From contig OX597841.1 in assembly GCA_951406725.2 (NCBI GenBank), forward strand, positions 12,896,001 through 12,960,000: DNA of 64,000 nucleotides, given 5' to 3'. Made by a program: the position numbers and the translations under genes. The notes under the pieces were generated by a model. The model worked only from the letters and a program-made list of their open reading frames with translations. It had not been told where the DNA came from and did no database searches. This DNA is from Octopus vulgaris (lineage: Eukaryota). This document shows, one piece after another, positions 11,483 through 24,380 of this stretch (its first letter is position 1; every line of letters begins with the position of its first letter).

Positions 11483-11822
11483 GAGCGTGATCGTTGCCAG
11501 AGCAGCCAACTGGCTTCTGTGCCGGTGGCACGTAAAAGGGCACCATTCGAGCGTGATCATTACCAGCGTCGCCTTACTGGCACGTGTAAAAAGATTCGAG
11601 CAAGGTCGTTGCCAGTTCCACCTGACTGGCCCCCGTACCAGTGGCACGTAAAAGCACCCACTACACTCTTGGAGTGGTTGGCGTTAGGAAGGGCATCCAA
11701 CTGTAGAAACTCTGTCAGATGAAGATTGAAGCCTGGTACAGCCATCTGGTTCGCCAGCCCTCAGTCAAAATCGTCCAACCCATGTTAGCATGGAAAACGG
11801 ACGTTAAACGATGATGATGATA
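11483..11822 (+). mobile_element. RTE-type 3' end, family C
   Basis: Continues from the 29-bp array to GGACGTTAAAC(GAT)n. Confidence 0.78.
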
Positions 11823-12297
11823 CACACACACATATGCAGGAAAGCAGGATAGATGAATCATATGAAAATTGTAATGCCCAGATAGATAATGATCTTGGAC
11901 ACCAACCGCCTCTTATGACTTGTGTCACAAAACTTGTGAGACAATATCTGGACTTAAAAGACATAAGCTGGTTCACAAAAAACATTCCTTCAGAATCAGA
12001 TTCCAAAGGACAAAGATATTGAAGAAACTTGAATAATATCTGTCATCACTTGTGTTTTAAACCCTATCAGTCAGTAGCTGGTCTTAAGAGTCATCTAAGG
12101 GCTCATCAACGGAATGATTGTGCTGTGTGATGGAGTGTGCTGTGTGCATTGATGGGATGGCTATCATCTGTCAGCATGAAGCAATCATCATATATATATA
12201 TAAGTTCAGCAAAATTTAGATTCTGATGAATATGGTACTTAAGTTAAAGGCACCAGAATTTGGTATGGTAATATCCATATAAATCAAATGGGGTGAT

Positions 12298-12439
12298 TAT
12301 AATCAAAATAAGCAACAAGGATATCCAAGGTAGAGTGGTACAATCGTTTCATGCTACTTACATTGTTTAATAAAATGAAGTAGCATGAAACAATTGTACT
12401 ACTCTACCTTGGATATCCTTGTCGCTTATTTTGATTATA
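12298..12439. repeat. Long inverted repeat, 62-bp arms, 18-nt spacer, 3 mismatches
   Basis: 12298-12359 is the reverse complement of 12378-12439. Confidence 0.92.
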
Positions 12440-12445
12440 TATATA

Positions 12446-12804
12446 CTCTTTTACTTGTTTCAGTCTTTTGACTGCGGCCATGCTGGAGCACCGCCTTTAA
12501 TCGAGCAACTCAACCCCAGTACTTATTCTATCGGTCTCTTTTGCCGAACCGCTAAGTGACGGGGACATAAACACACCAGCATCGGTTGTCAAGGGGGACA
12601 AACACAGACACACAAACACGCATATAGATATATATACAAACACACATATATACGACAGGCTTCTTTCAGTTTCTGTCTACCAAATCCACTCACAAGACTT
12701 TGGTCGGCCCGAGGCTATAGAAGACACTTGCCCAAGGTGCCATGCACTGGGACTGAACCCGGAACCATGTGGTTGGTAAACAAGCTACTTACCACACAGC
12801 CACT

Positions 12805-12808
<4 letters not shown>
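12446..12808 (-). mobile_element. SINE family A
   Basis: Reverse complement of the family consensus. Confidence 0.87.
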
Positions 12809-12844
<36 letters not shown>

Positions 12845-12846
<2 letters not shown>

Positions 12847-12986
12847 GGGTGTCCCAAAAGTCACTGAGGGGTTTTCAATTTTTAATAACTTCTTTGACTT
12901 TACAAATAAATGAACGAAATTTTGATAAAATCTGAAAAGAGAGTGAAAAAGGTTTGAAACCCATCAATGATTTAGGGGACACCCTG
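12845..12986. mobile_element. Tc1/mariner-type MITE (~140 bp)
   Basis: TIRs CAGGGTGTCCC / GGGACACCCTG, followed by TA. Confidence 0.7.
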
Positions 12987-13166
12987 TATATTTATGTGTC
13001 CCTTTGCCTCTGTGTTTGTTCCCCACACCATTGTGGTTTTGGCAAAAGAGACTGACCAAATAAGTACTAGGTTTACAGAGGATAAGTCCTGGGGTCAACT
13101 GAAATAAATACAAGAATGTTTTCTGAAAAAATATTGAGCAATTCTTCTGTTTCGTGTTAAATTGTT

Positions 13167-13172
13167 TTTATT
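13167..13172 (-). promoter_or_regulatory. Candidate polyadenylation signal (AATAAA) for SEC11
   Basis: tttatt on + equals AATAAA on -, about 510 nt downstream of the SEC11 stop. Position is the only support. Confidence 0.45.
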
Positions 13173-13682
13173 CTAACTTGACATAAAAACAAGCCACCCA
13201 TATATTCACACAAGCATGTGTGTTAGTGTATGCATATATATACACACAGACGTTTGTGAATATACGTGTGTATAAGGGTGTGGCCCATTCCTGGACATTT
13301 ACAACTGCGATCCCTGCTGTACATAATGAGGCGTCCATCGGTGCTGGAACATGGGTGGAGACAGAGCAGGAAGGAGGGAAGGCAGGCTGTAGAAGGGACA
13401 GCCTGGGCTGTTACCATTGGTTACCAGAGGCCTTTTGTGAAGGGAGTTTGTAATGGATGGTTCAATCCACAGCTGAGGACGTCTTTGTGCGTGTGTGCAC
13501 ACATTTGTGACTGTGTGTGTGTGCATGCGTGTGTTTGTGCGTGCACATGCAACAAAGAACATGGGAGAGGGGAGGGGGAAGTGTGTGAGAAGAGACAGGG
13601 TGGATGATCAGGAATGGTCTGGATGAGATGATGAACGGAGAATTCTGAACAATATATGTCTGTCTGTCTGTCCAATGGATTA

Positions 13683-13733
13683 TTATTCTCTGTGGATGAG
13701 TACAAAGAGTCCAAGACATACCAATATGGCATA
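13683..13733 (-). CDS. SEC11: SEC11 last coding exon ([16 protein letters not shown])
   Basis: Long pyrimidine tract then tttgcag acceptor; conserved ...HRE C-terminus and TAA stop. Confidence 0.95.
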   Translation of the reverse strand, partial: YAILVCLGLFVLIHRE

Positions 13734-16700
13734 CTGCAAAGAAACGAAAAGAAAGAAAGAAAACAAATGAGAGATTGGGTCACAACAGTCAAAATTGTAC
13801 ACTAGGTGGCGCTGAAAAGTTCCTGGCTTTAAGGGAAGTTAAATAGATCTACTGCAGTACTCAACTGGTACTTAATTTATCAACCCTTAAAGGATGACAG
13901 GCAAAGTCGACCTCAGCAGAATTTGAACTCAGAACATGAAGACACCGATCTATGTCATGCTGGTGAGACCCATATTGGAGTACGGGATTCAAGCCTCTTC
14001 TCCTTATCTCCTCAAAGACATACATCATCTTGAAAGAGTCCAGAAGCTGGCTACCCACATGGTTCTTGGTCTCAAGCATTTGTCTTATGAAGAAAGGCTG
14101 AAGACGCTCGACCTTTATTCTCTAGAAAAATGACGACGCCGTGGTGATCTCATTCTTGCTCACAACATCGTAAGCGGAAAGTGTAACCTCTCGAAAGAGC
14201 TGTTCTTCACTCCTGCTCCAGAGCGTCAGCTGCGGGGTCACTCCGGAAAGCTCTATCTGTGTCGATTTCATCTCAATCTAAAGAGAGGGGCTTTCTCCGT
14301 CCGGGTTGCAGATCCATGGAATAAGCTGCTGGACGAGATAGTGAAGATGCCGATGACCACTCGGTTCAAAGTCTCCCTTGACCACAAGTGGCCTGAACTC
14401 TTTGCATGAACACCACCCTGTACATAACTCCATGTCCCCCTACATGGCCTTGCTTTTTGCTTTTTGAGCCAAAAAATTAACTAACTAACAGATGAAATGT
14501 CGTTAAGCATTTTGACTGTTGCACTAACGATTCCACCAGCTCACCACCCAAGACAATGGAGGTAATATTAATGGTAGGGGGGAATGAACTGTAACAGTGC
14601 ATTCCTACTCCTCCTGGCAGGTGACACCTTTGGCCCCGATTAGGTGACAACCCTCCAACCCATGGGATCTGTTTTCCAGTAGTTATTGCTGTTGAGGGTT
14701 TTATGAAGTCAGAGTTCAAAAGCCTGGTTTAAGGCCCAACTTTCCAAGTTCTTTTACAGGGCCTAGAAAAAAATGAAGGACCCCTGCAATAAGTGTTGTG
14801 CTTCGTTCACAGGTGTAAACAGGTGCAGTCCACCTAGTCGTAAATGGGTGCCACGAGGTAAGTACAGTCCACCCAACTGTAGATGGGTACCACTTAGTAG
14901 GTACAGAAAATGCTTCCTCCACCCCACCTTCTTTGTTAAATAAATTAACCAAACTCGTTATACTTACTTTTAATTTAGGATAATCATTCATTAATATTGT
15001 TACGATTCCAACATAGGGCACAAACCTGTCAACAGAGAGAATATGGGGTCAGGCAGAGAAAGGGTACATTACACATAAAGAACCATATCAAACTATTTTA
15101 AATATTATTATTATTATTATTGAGTGAGAGAGCAGTGCATGAGATCAAAGTGACACTGGGGTACAAATATACAAAGCCCAGTATACCCATCATGACTACC
15201 CGTCTGATAAGGGTACACTAGGTGCATGCATCACAACCATATGTGCGCAACATGGTGATCTCATATCAAGATAAACAGTGCATGACCTTGCAGGTGGGGC
15301 TCAGTTAGAATTTTCTTCTGGTCGAGTAGCCCATCCTGCTCAAAAGGTCCCTGAATAGGGTTGTTTAAGGATGTTGAACGAAACGCCCATATTTCCAAAG
15401 GTGAATTATTCAAACTCCAAAGAATCCCTCTCAACACGGCTTTTTATGCTCCCCCACTCAGCCACCGAGGGACATGGTCAACTGGTTAAGATCAAAAAAC
15501 TGACAAGCAAATCTGTTGTATTGAGCAGAATATTTGCTGTAGCCCATCTTTTTATACCAAGACAAAACAATGTACATGATAACACTTCCAATCAGTTAAG
15601 ATCAGGAGCCATGAGAGCCACTAACTGGTACTGCATCAGGGCAAAAACCACAAGTCTTGTGAAATATAGCTATTCAGGGTTTCCTGGACAAAATATCAAT
15701 TTATTTCTCCATTTTTCAAGCTGATAAAACAAGATTGTTAACTGTGTTCAAAGTAGTTGACATTTGGATGAAAAATGGCGAAATAAATTGTTATTTCTAC
15801 CAGGAAACCCTGGGTAGCTGTGGTTTTTATTACAACAACATTTTTACTCTCTGATCTGATCAAGTGTTATACTACTTGTTGAAAGCTCACCACACACAGC
15901 ATATATATATATGTGTGTGAATGTGCATGGCTTAGTGGTTAGGGTGTTGCACTCACGATTGCGAGATCGTGGGTTCGATCCCCAGACCAGGTGTTGTGTT
16001 CCTGAGCAAAGCACTTCATTTCACGTTGCTCTGCAATCATTTAGTCATCTGACATGTGGCACCCAGTTGCACCTGTACAGGTAATGTCGATCTGATGGAA
16101 GGAGTGAGCTTATGTCTACACAAACGTTTGATCACTAAAAACAAATCATTTGTGTGATTGTTCGGTAAGAAATTCTTGAACTCTTATACGTCATCTAACG
16201 AGAGTCCTTCATATATATATATATATATATACACACATACATACACAGAGAAGAAGTGTGCAAGCGTAAAGAGTGAGACTAGAGGAGTGTTGAGTGGGGC
16301 TAAAAGAGTGCTGAGCGAGGCAAGAGGAGAGTTGAGTGAGGCTAGAGGACATGTGTGCAGGACTACAGAATGGCTGAGTGAGGCAAGAAAAGTTTTTGAG
16401 TAAAGCTAGAGAATAGGTGTGCAGAGTGGGGCCAGAGATGACCAGAAAGTTGAAAAGAGGTGTGCAAGGGTAAAGAGTGATGCTGAAGAGGCATATGAAA
16501 CTAAGAAAACATGAGTGAAGCTAGAGGAGTGCTGAGTGACAGGAAAACTCACCCTCGTGCTCGTCCCACAACGTCTTTCTTTTTTAACCAGAGCTGTCCA
16601 GGGGCGTATAACCCTCTGTCATCAACAGAATTGTTATCTCCCTTGGTTAGGAATTTTACGCTGCCGTCTACCCTAAAAAGAAAGAAAAGAAAAAAAATAG

Positions 16701-18981
16701 ACAAAAGAAATGATTTTGTTTTAAATTTATCTTTCAGTCCTTGGACTGAGACCATGCTGGGGCACCACCTTGAAGGCTTTAGTCCAATATTTCTTCAGTC
16801 AGTCTCCTTTTGCCAAACAGCTGAGTTATAAGAACATATACAAACTAAGACTAGCATTGAGGATAAATGCAATGCAAACACACACCTACGTTCATATCTT
16901 ATACCTGTGTGGTAAGAAGCTTGCTTCCCAACCACATGGTTCCGGGTTCAGTTCCACTGCGTGTCACCTTAGGTAGGTGACTTCTACTAAAGCCTCGGGC
17001 CGACCAAAGCCTTGTGAGTGGATTTGGTAGACGGAAACTGAAAGAAGCCCATCATATATATATATATCAGGCTTACAAAGAGTAAGGCGGTGCTCCAGCA
17101 TGGCCACAGTCAAATGACTGAAACAAGTAAAAGAAAAACAATATATATATGCATACATGTAGGGTGTCCCAGAAGTAGGTTTTACAGTTATTCAACCATC
17201 TCTTTCACATTCATATATTAACAATTTAGATCTTGATTATAAAAATAATATGAAACCCTTATTCTATGCTAATTTAGTTAATTTTGTCAAGCTCCCTTTT
17301 CAGTTTGTAAGATAGAAGTTTAAATGTAATGAAATACTTTAAAAGAAATTTAAAGCGCCTACGTGATAACTGTAAACCTGCTTTTGGCCCACCCCTGTAC
17401 ATACAGAGAAGCAATTTTGGGGATAACTAAATTAGACACATTAAATATATTAAACACATCAAATACAAAATATGTATATATGCAAAAGTTGGAAACTTTC
17501 AGATGATGGACGATGAATTTATATGTGTAGATATATATAACATCATCATCATCGTTTAACGTCCGTTTTCCATGCTGGCATGGGTTGGACGGTTTGACTG
17601 AGGACTGGCAAGCCAGGAGGCGACACCAGGCTCCAATATGATTTGGCAGGTTTCTACAGCTGGATGCCCTTCCTAACGCCAATCACTCCGAGAGTGTAGT
17701 GGGTGCTTTTTATGTGCCAGTGACACGGGAGCCAGTCAGGCGACACTGGCATCAGCCACGTTCAGATGGTGCTTTTTACGTGCTGCCAGCACAGGAGCCT
17801 GTTGGGTCGGTGGGAGATGGGGGTTAGCATCAGCCACGTTTGGCTGGTGGTTTTTACATGCCACCAGCATGGGGATCCAGTCAGGTGGCACTGGCTTTGA
17901 CCCACGCATGCATGGTACTTATTGCGTGCCACCAGCACGAGAGCCAGTCAGGTGGCACTGGCTTTGACCCACGCATGCATGGTACTTATTGCGTGCCACC
18001 AGCATGAGAGCCAGTCAGGTGGCACTGGCATCGGCCACAACTACAATTTCCATCTGATTTGATTTTGAGTAGAGAAATGTTGAGTGAAGCCTTTCTTTAC
18101 CTTGTGAAGACATTTTCTTTAGATATGATATACAGATGACCATTTTGATCTAATACTGCTCTGTTGCATATACCAAAAGACAAATATATATTGGTGTACC
18201 CAACAGCTCAGTCTAACAGGCTGCAAGCAGGATCCACCAGTGTCTGTAATACACCTTGTGACAAGGAGTGGGAGGGGGGATTCACCTCACCAATACCTGT
18301 AATATGGCATGTCCCAAACAGAAGTTTGTAAACTTACTTTTCATGTACTTTTAAGACTCTGTGTACAATCGGAATGTCTCGGCCCTCGACTTTGAACACG
18401 ACAATGTCTCCAACACGAATTGGTTCCTCTTGGTAATTGGTGAGAAAGAGCAGGTCTCCTCTGTAGAAGGCTGGCTCCATACTGCCACTGGAAGGGTAGA
18501 AGGTGGAGGGTTAATGAGAGGAGTGTGGTGGGGAGGGAGAGAGTGGAGATAAGAGGGGGAAGACGAGTGTGAGAGGGGAAGGAGAGAGAGTGGAGATAAG
18601 AGGGGGAAGACGAGTGTGAGAGGGGAAGGAGAGAGAGTGGAGATAAGAGGGGGAAGACGAGTGTGAGAGGGGAAGGAGAGAGAGTGGAGATAAGAGGGGG
18701 AAGACGAGTGTGAGAGGGGAAGAAGAGAGAGTGGAGATAAGAGGGGAAGGAGAGAGTGGAGATAAGAGGGGGAAGGAGAGAGAGAGATGAGTGCGAGAGG
18801 GAGAATGATGAGTGTCAGGGAAGGAGGTGAGTGCGAGGGAGGAACGAATACAAGAGGGGTGGGGGAGACGAGTGCAGGAGGAAGAAGACAGGTGCAAGAA
18901 GGGGGGAGGGGAGTGCAGTTTGAGAAGAAAGAAAACAAATAATGGAAGATGACAATGTGTTACATTGAGTCCTGGAAGATT

Positions 18982-19016
<35 letters not shown>

Positions 19017-19729
19017 AATATGAGGTTGATTCAGAGAGACTGGAGGAACAAGTGCCCCTGTGTTCTATTTTGGACTGTGTGGGTGTCAGAATATGTTTGT
19101 ATGTCTGCATAAATGTGTGTGTGTCTGTATGTGTGTCTGTATATGGGTGTATACATACAATATTCATATACTGGGGGCAGGAGAAACAATTCTATTTGCC
19201 TATCTAAGTTGACTAGACTTCCTTCTCTAAAGCCATTCCAACCAGGGAAAGTTACCTAAAGCAGACTATCTTTCTATCCAGGAAGATCAGTTCACCACAT
19301 CAGCAACTCACCTGAGAACGACAACAATAGGGCTCTCGCTGCTAGTGACCACCATCAAGCCTTTCCAAATCATCAGGGCCGACGACACAATCATAGCAAA
19401 GTTTAACACTTGGTAATAAAGCTGAAAGGAGAAAATAATTAGTTGTTAGTGTTAATTAATTAATTAATGACGACAACGGAAGACACCGGACGAACCGACA
19501 TCAAGACAGGCCCCTGCGTGTACCCCGGCTAATGTTTATTTCTTTATTGCCCACAAGCGTAGGAGTGGCGCTGTGGTAAGTAGATTGCTTACGAACCGCA
19601 TGGTTCCGGGTTCAGTCCCACTGCGTGGCACCTTGGGCAAGTGTCTTCTGCTGCATTCTCGGGCCGACCAAAGCCTTGGGTGGATTTGGTAGAGAGAAAC
19701 TGCAAAAAAAAAAGCCCGTCGTATATATG

Positions 19730-19764
<35 letters not shown>

Positions 19765-21934
19765 ATGTTTGTGCCCGCTAGCATTGCTTGACAGCCGATG
19801 GTGGTGTGTTTACGTCCCCGTAACTTGGCGGTTCGCAAAACAGACCAATAGAATAAGTACTAGGCTTACAAAGAATAAGTCCCGGGGTCGATTTGCTCGA
19901 CTAAAGGCAGTGCTCCAGCATGGCCGCAGTCAAATGACTGAAACAAGTAAAAGAGTAAAGGGGCTAAACATAGAGGAACAAGCAAGGACAAAGGGATTGA
20001 GTCAATTACATTGACCCCAGTATGCAACTGGTACTTATTTAATCGACCCCAAAAGGGGCCTCGGCAGTAGATCAAATTTCTGCTTTTGCAGTTCGTGTTG
20101 GGTGGCACGATTTGAAATTTAGGTACAGGTGTCTATCTGTGCTTTTGTGATAAATATCACAAGTAGGTTTTACAGTTAATCAACCATCTCTCTTTCACAT
20201 TCATATATTAACAATTTAGATCTGTATTATAAAAATAATATGAAACCATTATTCTCTGCTAATTTAGTTAATTTTGTCAAGCTCCCTTTTCAGTTTGTAA
20301 GATAGAAATTTAAATGTAATGAAATACTTTAAAAGAAATTTAAAACACCTACGTGATAACTGGAAACCTACTTTTGGGCCACCCCTGTACATACAGAGAA
20401 GCAATTTTGGGGATAACTAAATTAGACACATTAAATATATTAAACACATCAAATCAGTTGTGATTATGGTGGTGTTTTTAATTACCATTATGTCAAGAAA
20501 TGGGAATTGTGTGGGGCTCATTTCACTTGTGAATTTAAGACTATGGTGTAGATTGTTGAGGAGGGTGTTGAATTCTTCCAAATTTTCTAGGGATTTGGTT
20601 CAAATTAGAAAACAATCATCGAGATATCTATTCCATGTGTCCCCTATATGTCTTCTAAAGGTCATGCTGTAGTTCTCTTCAATTGTTTCATATAGGTTTT
20701 GTTCCAAGTATCCCAATACTGAATTCACAGGTAGTTTTTTCTGTTGGAAAGGCATGTATTGTTTGCAAAGAAGAGGCTGACCACGTCTTGTACGAAGGTT
20801 ACAGTAAATCTATTGGGGATCCCTTCTCTATGTTTCTTGACCCAATATTTTAGGGCAGAAATTCCAAAATGTTTGTATACTCTTTACTCTTTTACTTGTT
20901 TCAGTCATTTGACTGCGGCCATGCTGGAGCACTGCCTTTAGTCGAGCAAATCGACCCCGGGACTTATTCTTTGTAAGCCCAGTACTTATTCTATCGATCC
21001 CTTTTGCCGAACCACTAAGTGACGGGGACGTAAACACACCAGCATCGGTTATCAAGCAATGCTAGGGGGACAAACACAGACACATATATATATATATACA
21101 ACAGGCTTCTTTCAGTTTCCGTCTACCAAATCCACTCACAAGGCTTTGGTCGGCCCGAGGCTATAGCAGAAGACACTTGCCCAAGATGCCACGCAGTGGG
21201 ACTGAACCCGGAACCATGTGGTTGGTTAGCAAGCTACTTACCACACAGCCACTCCTGCGCCTATATAAGTTTATTACATCAAAAACTAACAGCAAAGTGG
21301 ATTCTGCTGTTTTGAGCAGATGTGACAGGAAACTGTTGTCATCCCAAATGAAACTGGTCATGTGACTACCAAGTGGTTTTAGGATGAAGTCAAGGAGGTT
21401 GCTCAGACGATGCGTAGGACAGACTGGACCAGCTATAACGGCTCCGAGTATGAAAGTGATAATTTTACTTTATGAGCATTACAAATTATATTTTTTTTAA
21501 TGTTAAAATAGCATAATAAAAAATGGGAAAACCAGACCAATTTTTAATTTTATTTAACTGATATATATATATATATATATAGCACCCAGCAGTCGCCAGG
21601 ACCCCTGGACTATTGGTATGTAAAAAGCGTTATCCGAATTGTGGCCGATGCCAGCGTCACCTCGACTGGCTTCCGTGCCAGTGGCACATAAAAAGCACCA
21701 TCCGAATCGTGGCCGTTGCCAGCCTCGCCTGGCACCTGTGCAGGTGGCACGTAAAAAGCACCCACTACACTCGCGGAGTGGTTGGCATTAGGAAGGGCAT
21801 CCAGCTGTAGAAACACTGCCAGATAAGACCGGAGCCTGGTGCAGCCTTCTGGCTTCCCAGATCCCCGGTCGAACCGTCCAAGCAGTGCTAGCATGGAGAA
21901 CGGATGTTAAACGGCAATGATAATGATGATGATG

Positions 21935-21972
<38 letters not shown>

Positions 21973-22331
21973 TATGTATGTGTATATATATATATACAAG
22001 CTAAACTTGTTGTACTGTTTATTAGTCGTAAGACACCTGCTGTTTTTGTCCTGTTATTACTATTATTGTTTTTTGTATTTATATTCGTGTGGCATCGTCC
22101 GTTTTTCTGTCCCTGTTTCGTATACATTCAATCCTTCTTCCAAGAAATCTAATGCTCGTAGCTTAGTTTTTCCTTGGGGCTGGCCGGATCGGAGCAATCT
22201 CAAGATTAATCAGCCAAAATTGCTAGGATGATCCGGTTCTTGACTGAAGATTGAAGGCTTCGAATGTCCCGTCCGTGTTTTTTGTATCGTCTTCTAAATG
22301 TTTTATGTTCTTGTCCCAGCTTGTATTTTTC

Positions 22332-22382
<51 letters not shown>

Positions 22383-24321
22383 AAGAGAATGTAAAACTTA
22401 CATTACAAAGGATATATCATAAACAATTAAAAATTGTTATTGAATAAATCAATGATCAGGTAGGCTATCAAATAAATATAAGAAGAGAGAGTGTTTATAA
22501 CTATGATTAAATCATAATTTCAACAAAGAGGGTTACAAAAACCATCACATGCTTAGAAATAGCAGTCAAAACTGCTCTAAGACCACCATAATCACTCAGA
22601 TTTTTCTCTCCACAATAACGCTATGGAGAGAAAAATGAGTGATTATCTCTCTTACTTGTTTCAGTCATTTGACTGTGGCAATGCTGGATCACTGCCTTTA
22701 GTCGAGTAAATCGACCCCAGGACTTATTCTTTGGAAGCCTAGTACTTATTCTATCGGTCTCTTTTGCCGAACTGCTAAGTTACGGGGACGTAAACACACC
22801 AGCATCGGTTGTCACAAGATGTTGGGGGGGAAAAACGCAGACACACAAATATACACACATATATATATACGACAAGCTTCTTTCAGTTTCCGTCTACCAA
22901 ATCCACTCTGAAAGCTTTGGTCGGCCCGAGGCTATAGTAGAAGACACTTGCCCAAGGTGCCATGCAATGGGACTGAACCCTGAACCATGTGGTTGGTAAG
23001 CAAGCTACTTACCACACAGCCAGTAATTTTATAGCAGCTTTGACTGCTATTTCTAATCATGTAAGGGCTTTTGTAACCCTCTCCGTTATATATATACATA
23101 GTGGTGGGCTGGGTCTAAAAATACTGGTTGCCAGGAGACTAAGGGGGGGGGGGACACACAACTACAAGGCTATCATTTAATTTTTTTTTGTTTTGTTAAA
23201 AGTATTCTTTTCAAATGTCTACAAACACAGCCTGGCGGAAATAATTAATGAATTTTCCCAGGAGTGAATAAAAAATTCTCAAACTAGGCGCAGGAGTGGC
23301 TGTGTGGTAAGTAGCTTGCTAACCAACCACATGGTTCCGGGTTCAGTCCCACTGCGTGGCATCTTGGGCAAGTGTCTTCTGCTATAGCTCCGGGCCGACC
23401 AATGCCTTGTGAGTGGATTTGGTAGACGGAAACTGAAAGAAGCTTGTCGTATTTGTAAGTATATATATATATATATATGTGTTGTGTGTCTGTGTTTGTC
23501 CCCCTAGCATTGCTTGACAACCGATGCTGATGTGTTTACGTCTCCGTCACTTAGCGGTTCGGCAAAAGAGACCGATAGAATAAGTACTGGGCTTACAAAG
23601 AATAAGTCCTGGGGTGCATGGCCGCAGTCAAATGACTGAAACAAGTAAAAGAGAGTAAACTAGAGGAAATGGGCCCGTTAGATACTAACATGTGCCCCCA
23701 TATATAGATTCTAATTGCGCAGGGACCCACTTGCCATCGAGCAAGCTGGCCAGTCCGTCACTATATATATATACATACACACACACATATATATGTATAC
23801 ACACATATGTATGCGGCATGCGTGTATATATATATATATGTATGTCTACAATAACATATGGTTCAGTGGAGTCTCAACGTGGCCGGTTCACAGGTGAGAG
23901 ACAGGTGCTAAACATCCTTCAAACAACGCAGTTATTTAAAATAAGAAAAAAGCTGCACCGTATGAATAATTTGGTCTGAACGGACACCTGTAAGTGTCGG
24001 GATAGTCACGGCCGGAATACAATACCTCTGAACAGAAGTCTCTCTGCAGGACTGGATCATTTACCGAGCTGCCAAGGGCTAATTAAACATTAAACACCAA
24101 CAATAAATACACCTGCGTGGTCAAAGGGTTGACATGGTGGAAAGAGCAGGCAACAACTCCCTCATAATCGATGGAACTCAGTCCCTGGGAGAAACAAATC
24201 CCTTATGTGGCAATTTCACATGCTAAAAATAACAGTCAAATCTTTACAGAACTGAAATGGACAAGCACAGGTTTCTTAAGTGTTTATTTCACTACCTATA
24301 TGTGTATATATATATACACAT

Positions 24322-24380
<59 letters not shown>

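Noticed and set aside
15923-15990. Possible tRNA gene (A and B boxes)
   Set aside because: It continues into a SINE body and I cannot fold a complete cloverleaf with an acceptor stem, so it is treated as a SINE head. The same applies to the heads at ~42712 and ~43873.
18351-19167. Ser/Pro/Leu-rich 195-aa and 218-aa ORFs
   Set aside because: Products of the 47-bp intronic minisatellite. The real coding sequence here is SEC11 exon 3 in another frame.
22170-22280. Second hammerhead-like motif (CTGAAGA...CGAA)
   Set aside because: No intact GAAA box or convincing stems I/II; too degenerate to call.
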